DNA of 64,000 nucleotides, taken from assembly GCA_964484465.1 (NCBI GenBank), contig CAZAFL010000016.1, positions 4,072-68,071 of the forward strand, read 5' to 3'. The notes under the pieces were generated by a model. That model made no database searches and was not told where the DNA came from. It was given only the letters and a program-made list of their open reading frames with translations. Of the stretch, positions 9,682 through 17,102 are shown in pieces. The DNA is from an uncultured Chlorobiaceae bacterium. Lineage in GTDB: Bacteria; Bacteroidota; Ignavibacteria; UBA10030; SZUA-254. Positions within the stretch are counted from its first letter, which is position 1; the number at the start of each line of letters is the position of its first letter. Both the position numbers and the translations under genes were made by a program.

Positions 9682-10820
9682 GAGTGAAGAGTTTCTACGT
9701 GAAGGTCAGCTATGAGATCACTCATCACATCCGATTTATTCCGAAGAGGCATGCGTTCCCCCCGTCGCACACGGATAAGCTGTGCGACGATACTGATACC
9801 AATTTCTTCCGGAGTGACAGCTCCGATTTCGATGCCCATCGGAGCATGTACACGCAGTAACGCATTGGGAGACACACCACGCTCTGCCAGATGTTTATAC
9901 GTCGTTAAAATTTTTCGCTTACTGCCAATCATACCGATATACCTGGCAGGAGTCTTGAGGGCATACTCAAGAATTTCTTCATCATATTTATGCCCTCGTG
10001 TAACAATAACAATATATGTCGATTGCTTGATATCCAATATGCCAAACGCATCGGTAAAATCAACCGCAAGCGTTTGTACGGCTTCGGGAAACCGCTGGGG
10101 GTTAGCGTATTTTTCACGGTCGTCAACAATGCTCACCTGAAACCCGGCAAGGGCAGCTGCACGGGAGACAAATTTCGAGACATGCCCTCCACCAAAAATG
10201 ATCAAACCCGGGCTACCGGAAATCGGTTCAAGCAATAATTCACCTCGGGCAATTTTTACACGCTGAGTTTCATGACGATGATAAACTTTTTGAAGAGCAT
10301 CCAGTACATCCGGCGTCGGATGTGAGGCAAGAGATTGAAGTCCTTGAATATCGATGATGAACGCAGCATCAGAACCTGATTCTTTCTTATCGGGAGACCG
10401 GACGAGAAATTTTCCTCTGACCTGCCCGTTAGTATTGAGAAGCGTCGCTAGTATCGAATCTTCTCCCTCTGATCGCCTCGATGTTAACTCCTTGAACAGT
10501 GGAACCATTTCGCCCGTCAACGGTTCAATGAGCACATCCAGACTCCCACCGCACATCAAGCCATGCTCGATGTCGTCTTCATTGAGATGAAACGTAAGGA
10601 TCTCCGCCCTGTTCAGCTCATGGAGACGACGCGCATGCAAGAGCACATCTCCTTCCATGCAACCGCCCCCAACTGTACCTAATGAAACAATCCCGTCATG
10701 TTTAATGAGCATCTTAGACAACGCGGAAGCAGGTGTCGAGCCCGTCGTTGAGATGATTGTCGCGAGCATAACACGTTCTTCTGTTTCGAGGGCGAGGAGT
10801 ATTTCCCTGAAGATCTCCAT
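9678..10820 (-). CDS. XdhC/CoxI-family molybdenum-hydroxylase maturation factor (yqeB-like position)
   Basis: XdhC_CoxI N-terminal domain ('LATIISTTGSTPASALSKMLI...GTVGGGCMEG') plus an XdhC_C Rossmann segment ('LIIFGGGHVSKFVSRAAALAGFQVSIVDDR'). ATGA overlap with arcC. Confidence 0.8.
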   Translation of the reverse strand: MEIFREILLALETEERVMLATIISTTGSTPASALSKMLIKHDGIVSLGTVGGGCMEGDVLLHARRLHELNRAEILTFHLNEDDIEHGLMCGGSLDVLIEPLTGEMVPLFKELTSRRSEGEDSILATLLNTNGQVRGKFLVRSPDKKESGSDAAFIIDIQGLQSLASHPTPDVLDALQKVYHRHETQRVKIARGELLLEPISGSPGLIIFGGGHVSKFVSRAAALAGFQVSIVDDREKYANPQRFPEAVQTLAVDFTDAFGILDIKQSTYIVIVTRGHKYDEEILEYALKTPARYIGMIGSKRKILTTYKHLAERGVSPNALLRVHAPMGIEIGAVTPEEIGISIVAQLIRVRRGERMPLRNKSDVMSDLIADLHVETLHS

Positions 10821-10879
10821 AGTGATTCACTTGAGATAATTGAAATTCTAAATCAATTATCTCAATAGTTTTAAGTCAA

Positions 10880-11878
10880 TTACATCGTTAATGCCATCAC
10901 GGATTTACACGTATGCAACCGATTTTCTGCTTCGGGAAAGACGCGCGACTGTTTTCCATCAATGACCGCATCCACGACTTCGTACCCGCGGTCGGCCGGC
11001 AAGCAGTGCATGTATATTGCATTCTTGTGAGCCAGTTTCATTTTTTCTTCATCACAAATCCAATATCTGTATTTTTTCGATATCTCAAGAGCTTCCTGCG
11101 GGCGATGGAAAAGTGATTCGATTCCCCACGATTTGGGGTAAACGATATCAGCATCCTTAAATGCGTCATCCATATTATCCACGACATCAAATTTGGTCCC
11201 GTTCTCTTTCGCGGCTTTCTTTGCGTAGTCCATTTCACTTTTCATCAGGGTATATTCCGGAGGATGAGCAAGGACAACATCAAGACCGAACCGAGGCATC
11301 AATGTAATGAGCCCCTGCGGAACCGACATCGGTTTTGCGTAACTCGGCGCATATGCCCAGGAAACTGCAATTTTTAATCCCCGAAGATTTTTCCCAAATT
11401 CTTCCCGAATCGTCATCAAATCGGCGAGCGTTTGAAACGGATGGTCAATGTCACACTGCATATTTAATACCGGGACATTTGCGTGTTCCGCAACTTCGCG
11501 CATATACTTGTTGCCTTCCCCCGGGACAAGGTCATGGCGGATTGCAATCGCATGGCCGTAACTTGAGAGAATAATACCCATATCTTTCGGCGATTCACCG
11601 TGGGCAACCTGTGAAGTTTCCGCCGCGATGAAGTGAGCATGCGCGCCAAGCTGTGTCGCGCCTGCCTCGAACGAATTCCGTGTTCGTGTTGATTTGTCAA
11701 AGAAAAAAAGAAATACCGTCTTGTCGGGCAAATACCTGTGCGCGGACCCTTTCTTGAATAACTTCTTCAAATCGCCCGCAGTTTTGAGTGCCAAGTCGAT
11801 TTCTTTCACCGACCAGTTTTTCGTTTCGATGTAGTCTTTTCCCCGAACGACATTCGGGAGCTTCTGCAATTTCGCCAT
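10880..11878 (-). CDS. YgeW-like (knotted) carbamoyltransferase of the ornithine/putrescine carbamoyltransferase superfamily
   Basis: STRTR motif, 'HCLPA' C-terminal motif, 332 aa. Sits beside carbamate kinase as ygeW does beside yqeA in E. coli. Confidence 0.75.
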   Translation of the reverse strand: MAKLQKLPNVVRGKDYIETKNWSVKEIDLALKTAGDLKKLFKKGSAHRYLPDKTVFLFFFDKSTRTRNSFEAGATQLGAHAHFIAAETSQVAHGESPKDMGIILSSYGHAIAIRHDLVPGEGNKYMREVAEHANVPVLNMQCDIDHPFQTLADLMTIREEFGKNLRGLKIAVSWAYAPSYAKPMSVPQGLITLMPRFGLDVVLAHPPEYTLMKSEMDYAKKAAKENGTKFDVVDNMDDAFKDADIVYPKSWGIESLFHRPQEALEISKKYRYWICDEEKMKLAHKNAIYMHCLPADRGYEVVDAVIDGKQSRVFPEAENRLHTCKSVMALTM

Positions 11879-11913
11879 TACGATCCTTTATGAATAAGAA
11901 TGATTAGTTGAGA

Positions 11914-12366
11914 TTATGTTCCAATATCTTCATTCCATAGAGTAGGGTGAGCGTCGATAAAATCTTTCATTAATTTAACGCATTCGTCCATATCGAGATT
12001 GACAACTTCAACGCCATGTTCACGCATAAATGCTTCTGCGCCCCTAAACGTCCGGCATTCACCCACAATCACCTTAGGGATGTTAAACTGCACGACAGCG
12101 CCGGCACACAGATAACAAGGCATCAACGTCGAGTAGAGAAGTGTCTCTTTGTAGCTGCCGATTCTTCCGGCGTTTATCAGGCAATCAATCTCCGCGTGCT
12201 TCATTGGGTTTGATTCCTGCACACGACGATTGTATCCACGACCGATAATGGTTCCTTTCCGCACCAGAACGGATCCGATCGGAATTCCTCCCTCTGACAA
12301 CCCCTTGTTTGCTTCCGCAATGGCAGCTTGCATGAACGTGTCCATTCGCTGCGTATCAATGGTCAA
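11914..12366 (-). CDS. CDA-fold zinc deaminase (Fcy1/GuaD-type cytosine/guanine deaminase)
   Basis: 'HAE' and 'PCYLCAGA' zinc ligands. The C-terminus 'FIDAHPTLWNEDIG' closely resembles yeast cytosine deaminase and Bacillus GuaD. Guanine deaminase is most likely given the purine context. Confidence 0.7.
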   Translation of the reverse strand: MTIDTQRMDTFMQAAIAEANKGLSEGGIPIGSVLVRKGTIIGRGYNRRVQESNPMKHAEIDCLINAGRIGSYKETLLYSTLMPCYLCAGAVVQFNIPKVIVGECRTFRGAEAFMREHGVEVVNLDMDECVKLMKDFIDAHPTLWNEDIGT

Positions 12367-12378
12367 GCGGAAATTGCC

Positions 12379-13575
12379 CTATTTGTTGTTGAGATACGTC
12401 TTCGGAAAAGCTGCGTACCACGCGCTTGCTTTCACGAGATGATCGACAGGGATTTGCTCTGTCGCCATGTGCGCGTAGACTTCGTTGCCAGGGCCGAATC
12501 CGATACAGGGAATATTATGCATCCCCATCACCGCGACGCCATTCGTGCTGAAAACCCACCGGCTTAGCTGCGGTCGTTGTCCGAATAATCCTTCATACGT
12601 CTTGACGCCTGTATGAAGGACTGGATGATTTTCAGGCAATAACCATGTGGGGTAATATTTTTTCGTCGGATAGGTTAACCCTTTCCAGCTCGGAACGGCA
12701 TAATCGAGAACAACAACTTCTCCTTCCGCTTTTTTTACGCTGGAAAGTTCTTGAATTTCATGTACTGCCGATTCTAAAGTGTCCGTTGCAGCCAGCCTGC
12801 GGTCGAGATGGATTGTCGATGAATCCGCCACTGCGCAGAGTGAAGGAGATGTCGACCGGATTTCCGCAATCGTCACCGTCCCCTTTCCCAGGAACGGCTC
12901 GCCAGTCAAACGTTCATTCAACCGTTCAATATCTTGAACGATGGGCGCCATTTTGTAGACTGCATTCACACCGCGTTCTGGCGCCGAACCATGGCATGAA
13001 ACTCCTCGTGTTCTCACTTCTATTTCCATTCTACCCCGATGTCCGCGGTATACAGCCAGGTTTGTCGGCTCGGTAATCACGACTACTTCCGGCCTGATCT
13101 TATCTTCGTTTATAATGTATTGCCAGCACAGTCCGTCACAATCTTCTTCCTGGACACTGCCGACAATATACAGTGTGTAGTCATCCTCCAATCCGAGCTC
13201 CTTTATGATTTTGCCGCCGTACACAATCGAAGCAAGAGCGCCTTTCATGTCGCATGCGCCGCGGCCGTAGATGATCCCGTCCTTCTGTGCACCCTTGAAC
13301 GGATCGATCGTCCAGTTTGCAGGGTTGCCGACATCAACAGTGTCGACATGCGCATCCATTGCGATGATATGCTTTCCTGTTCCGATGCGGCCGAGAATAT
13401 TTCCCATGGGGTCAATTTTGACCTCATCAAATTTGCATTTTTCCATTTCATCTTTGATCCGATGAATGACCTGCTCCTCCTGAGAGCTCATCGATTTTAT
13501 TGCGATAATGTCACGAAGGAACTGCGAAACCTGCTTTTCGTTGTTCTGTGCTGTCTTGAGAATCTGATCGAACAT
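12379..13575 (-). CDS. M20-family metallopeptidase/amidohydrolase (YgeY-like)
   Basis: 'DAHVDTVDVG', 'GRGACDMKG' (M20 active-site Asp and general-base region). 398 aa. Matches the ygeY position in E. coli. Confidence 0.75.
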   Translation of the reverse strand: MFDQILKTAQNNEKQVSQFLRDIIAIKSMSSQEEQVIHRIKDEMEKCKFDEVKIDPMGNILGRIGTGKHIIAMDAHVDTVDVGNPANWTIDPFKGAQKDGIIYGRGACDMKGALASIVYGGKIIKELGLEDDYTLYIVGSVQEEDCDGLCWQYIINEDKIRPEVVVITEPTNLAVYRGHRGRMEIEVRTRGVSCHGSAPERGVNAVYKMAPIVQDIERLNERLTGEPFLGKGTVTIAEIRSTSPSLCAVADSSTIHLDRRLAATDTLESAVHEIQELSSVKKAEGEVVVLDYAVPSWKGLTYPTKKYYPTWLLPENHPVLHTGVKTYEGLFGQRPQLSRWVFSTNGVAVMGMHNIPCIGFGPGNEVYAHMATEQIPVDHLVKASAWYAAFPKTYLNNK

Positions 13576-13611
13576 AGCTGGGTTACGTTTATCTATGATT
13601 GATGATTATTG

Positions 13612-14169
13612 TTATACAACTTCCGTCAATAGCTCTCCTCTTGGCTGAGGGATGACGACTTTATTGACAAGTAATCCCTTGTCTGCTACTATTGCCGCAC
13701 CGGCATCGACGGCAGATTGGACTGCCGCAACTTCGCCGGTTAACGTAAGAAATGCTTTTCCGCCGAGCGCCATAGCAAGCCGGATTTCAATTAGCTGCAC
13801 ACGCGCCGCTTTAACAGCGGCATCTGCAGCTTCGATCAATGAAGCGACAGAAAACGATTCCACAATTCCCAGGGCTTCCAGAAGGTCGACTTTACTGGTT
13901 CCTCCGATCGCAGGGAACACAGCAGAGTGTACATTCGGGATAACAAACGTGTCAATTACTGACCCTCTCGCAGCAATGCTTCCCGCTTCAACGCTCGAGG
14001 TTACAGCGGCGACTTCCCCTGCAACGAGCACCATATACTTGCCTGAACAGATTGTTCTTGAAAGAATAATTTCCACTTCGGCTGCCTTCAACATCGCATC
14101 CGCAGCCTGGAAACCCGCGGCAATACTGGTCAGCTCGATAAGACCAATTGAATTTCGTTCCATAGTCAC
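13612..14169 (-). CDS. PduT-like tandem BMC-domain (BMC-T) shell-protein homolog with a conserved Fe-S cysteine
   Basis: Two BMC-fold repeats, 'SIGLIELTSIAAGFQAADAMLKAAEVEII' and 'ALGIVESFSVASLIEAADAAVKAARVQLIEI'. 'SRTICSGKYMV' corresponds to the PduT [4Fe-4S] Cys region (TICPGK). 185 aa, versus 184 aa for PduT. Confidence 0.75.
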   Translation of the reverse strand: MTMERNSIGLIELTSIAAGFQAADAMLKAAEVEIILSRTICSGKYMVLVAGEVAAVTSSVEAGSIAARGSVIDTFVIPNVHSAVFPAIGGTSKVDLLEALGIVESFSVASLIEAADAAVKAARVQLIEIRLAMALGGKAFLTLTGEVAAVQSAVDAGAAIVADKGLLVNKVVIPQPRGELLTEVV

Positions 14170-14201
14170 TCCATGAGTAGAAGTACTGGTTAATATTTCG
14201 A

Positions 14202-15524
14202 CTACGTTCTTTCGATGTCTATTGCTTGCCCGATGCCCCTCACGATACCGTCAATACTCGCGTGAATTCTGGCCCCGAGTTTTCCCTCGGGAACTTCGCC
14301 AATGCACTGCCCTTTACGAACAGTGTCGCCGACACTGACCGTGGGTTGGGCAGGGGAGCCGATGTGTTGCGATAACGATATGCTCACACGAGAAGGTGAA
14401 GGTTTCTTATCGCTGAATTCGGAATGATGGTCATATTCCGTTACTCCGAGTCGCTTGACCAGTTGTTTCAGTGGTGTCCGCCTTCCTTCATACATCGCAT
14501 GGGGTTCCACTTCCATTTTGCCCGACCATTTAATGCCCTGCTCCTTCAAGTCACGTTTCCCCTTATCGCAGGCTTCCTTTGGAAAAAGACTTTCGGGGCA
14601 CGCGTACAGCGTACAGAGCCCGCAGGCGCAGCAGAGCTGTGCATACTGGTTCCAAACGTTCTCACCAGTTGAAGTAAACCCGAGGCTCCTCATGACTTTA
14701 TGCGGCTGGACATCGTAACCGAGAAGGTAGCGAGGGCATAATTCGGTGCAATACGTACATTGATCACACGCCGATTTTCCGATCCTGTGCATTGCCTTTT
14801 CCGGCTGTTGCTTTCGTTGAATAAGGGCGTGATCTGCGGGAAGTACCACGAACCCTGCTGTTGTTTTCGTAATCGGAAGGTCGAGATTAAATTCGAGTTT
14901 GCCCATCATGATTCCACCGACGAAGAGAGCGAACTCTCTTGCCGTAGAACCCCCGGCGAAGGCAATTGCATCCTTATAACTCATTCCAATCTGGGCGATA
15001 AACGAAACAGGATGTTTCACTGCGCCCGCGACAGTGACAAATTTTTCTGTCACGGGTTCGCCTTCGGCGGCACGGGAAATATTATAGAGTGTTTCGACAT
15101 TGTTGACAACAACACCGACATCGAGTGGAATGCCCTGCGGCGGCATCAATCGTTTTGTCGCTTCATAGACGAGAATGTACTCGTCACCGGAAGGATAAAA
15201 ATCACCCAGCAAATGCAATTTGATATTATTGAAATTATTGGTATGAAGTATCTTCGAAATGGTTTCGATTGCATTCGTATTCTTCGCCTTGATACCGATA
15301 ATTCCGGATTTCGCTCCGGTAGATTCCATCAGGAACTTCAAGCCTTCAACAACTCTCTCCGGGTGGTGAACCATCAGCTCAAGGTCTTTATGGATCAACG
15401 GCTCACATTCCGCCCCGTTGGCGATGACGGTATCAACCCTGGACGAGGCCTTTACATGGGCGGGGAATCCTGCCCCGCCCGCTCCGACAACACCTGCTTC
15501 CAGTATTTTGTCCTGGAGTGCCAA
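14202..15524 (-). CDS. PduS/RnfC-like Fe-S flavoprotein: N-terminal NADH/FMN (Complex1_51K-like) domain, SLBB domain, 2x[4Fe-4S], and a C-terminal RnfC_N-type barrel domain
   Basis: 'GAGGAGFPAHVK' (RnfC/NqrA/51K motif), 'CDQCTYCTELCP' and 'CCACGLCTLYACP' ferredoxin motifs. The C-terminal 'LSQHIGSPAQPTVSVGDTVRKGQCIG...ARIHASIDGIV' resembles the RnfC N-terminal domain, here circularly permuted as I recall for PduS. It lies directly upstream of the PduT-like gene, the same order as pduS-pduT. Confidence 0.7.
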   Translation of the reverse strand: MALQDKILEAGVVGAGGAGFPAHVKASSRVDTVIANGAECEPLIHKDLELMVHHPERVVEGLKFLMESTGAKSGIIGIKAKNTNAIETISKILHTNNFNNIKLHLLGDFYPSGDEYILVYEATKRLMPPQGIPLDVGVVVNNVETLYNISRAAEGEPVTEKFVTVAGAVKHPVSFIAQIGMSYKDAIAFAGGSTAREFALFVGGIMMGKLEFNLDLPITKTTAGFVVLPADHALIQRKQQPEKAMHRIGKSACDQCTYCTELCPRYLLGYDVQPHKVMRSLGFTSTGENVWNQYAQLCCACGLCTLYACPESLFPKEACDKGKRDLKEQGIKWSGKMEVEPHAMYEGRRTPLKQLVKRLGVTEYDHHSEFSDKKPSPSRVSISLSQHIGSPAQPTVSVGDTVRKGQCIGEVPEGKLGARIHASIDGIVRGIGQAIDIERT

Positions 15525-15548
15525 AGTTTTACCGACAGGTCATCTTGT

Positions 15549-17030
15549 TCAGTTTTGAATTTTGGAATTGAAATCGTCGATCAGTTCGTCAAACTCTTTC
15601 ACTTCACCCTCGAACATCTGCTTCCAAAATTCCGAATCCCACTGGGCATTAAGTTCTTCTGAAGTTTTTCCCTGTTGTTCAACCCAAGTAAAATACTTGA
15701 GATGATGAATTGATTTCCTCTCATAATATGTCAACTCTTTGAAATAATCGATACTCTGATGAGCGAGTGGTCCGGCATGGTCTTTTGCAGCCTCAGTAGG
15801 AGAATACTTCCCTCGTTCAGAATGAAGTTCCAGTAATCGTGAACGGTAGAGGTCCGCCGAATCGGTAAAAATAGTAAAAATGACATCCCGCTCATTCATC
15901 TCGAAATATTTTGCAGTTTTGATTGCAGCAAGAAGATTGCAGATGCTCGATATGCCAAGTACTGAAAGTGTATCTTTCATCGCGTTTTTTACTCCGATGC
16001 TCTTCAAATATGATGTCCCCTCTGCCTCGTTGAAAAGACGCAGTACCCGCATGCAATCTTCATCATCGATGGCGGCAACAGCATCGGTATTAAGAACATT
16101 ATGAACCCACGGCACGTGTTTATCACCGATTCCCTCGATGCGGTGCGCACCGAACCCATTTATCAGTAATGACGGACATTGAAGAGCTTCCGTAGCAACT
16201 ACTTTGAGATGAGGAAATTTGTTTTTGAGATAATCTCCTGCGGCAATCGTGCCGGCTGACCCTGTAGCAGAGATGTACGCGGAAGCATTGAGATTTTTCC
16301 CGAGGGAGCGATACACTTCTTCAATCGCAGGTCCGGTAACATTATAATGCCAAATCGGGTTGCCGAACTCTTCAAATTGATTGAAGATAACATTGCGGGG
16401 ATTTTTTTTCAGCTCCCAGCATTTATCGTAAATCTCCTTGACATTTGATTCTGTGCCCGGAGTTGCAATAACTTCAGCACCAATTTCTTTTAACCAGGTG
16501 AATCGCTCCTTCGACATTCCCTCGGGGAGGATAGCCACTGCTGTGCAGTCCAATAGAGCGCAGTCGAATGCGCCGCCGCGACAGAAATTTCCCGTCGAGG
16601 GCCACACGGCTCTATGTTTTTCAGGGTCAAATTCACCGCTCACCAGCCGCGGCACAAGGCAGCCAAAGGCAGCACCGACTTTATGTGCGCCCGTAGGAAA
16701 ATACTTTCCTACTAGACCGATAATTCTGGCATTTACTCCTGTTATTTCTTTCGGAATTTCAAGATAGTTCACTTTCCCGAATGATCCATCATCAGGATTA
16801 TTTTTCCACGTAATACGAAAGAGGTTCAATGGATTTATATCCCACAATCCGACCTTTGTCAGTTTCTTCTTGATGGATGATGGAATTGTCTCGGGATTTC
16901 TCATTTGAGAAAAGGTAGGGATAACGATACCGTGCTTCGCACAGCGCTGAGCAGTCTTTTTTATAACAGCCGGAGAAAGTTTTCGGACAATTTTGGACAT
17001 GCAATGCTTCAGATTAATTTTATGACACAT
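15549..17030 (-). CDS. PLP-dependent fold-type-II (CysK/TrpB-like) enzyme, 493 aa, with a C-terminal extension
   Basis: 'PTGAHKVGAAF' Schiff-base lysine context, 'ISATGSAGTIAAG' Gly-rich PLP-phosphate loop. No close match to ygeX. Confidence 0.55.
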   Translation of the reverse strand: MCHKINLKHCMSKIVRKLSPAVIKKTAQRCAKHGIVIPTFSQMRNPETIPSSIKKKLTKVGLWDINPLNLFRITWKNNPDDGSFGKVNYLEIPKEITGVNARIIGLVGKYFPTGAHKVGAAFGCLVPRLVSGEFDPEKHRAVWPSTGNFCRGGAFDCALLDCTAVAILPEGMSKERFTWLKEIGAEVIATPGTESNVKEIYDKCWELKKNPRNVIFNQFEEFGNPIWHYNVTGPAIEEVYRSLGKNLNASAYISATGSAGTIAAGDYLKNKFPHLKVVATEALQCPSLLINGFGAHRIEGIGDKHVPWVHNVLNTDAVAAIDDEDCMRVLRLFNEAEGTSYLKSIGVKNAMKDTLSVLGISSICNLLAAIKTAKYFEMNERDVIFTIFTDSADLYRSRLLELHSERGKYSPTEAAKDHAGPLAHQSIDYFKELTYYERKSIHHLKYFTWVEQQGKTSEELNAQWDSEFWKQMFEGEVKEFDELIDDFNSKIQN

Positions 17031-17102
17031 TAAACGAAAATACTACAGATGATCACTGACCGAACACCTTTGTTATGTCGGTTCATCAGGATCATCAACA
17101 GT

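Noticed and set aside
12645-13602. Two plus-strand ORFs (143 aa and 187 aa)
   Set aside because: Antisense to the M20 peptidase gene. No recognisable features.
13652-14176. 174-aa plus-strand ORF overlapping the PduT-like gene
   Set aside because: Antisense to a gene with unmistakable BMC-domain similarity. The product is a low-complexity Ala/Ser/Thr string typical of a GC-rich antisense frame.
14760-15662. 300-aa plus-strand ORF
   Set aside because: Antisense to the PduS/RnfC-like gene, which has strong motif support. No motifs of its own.
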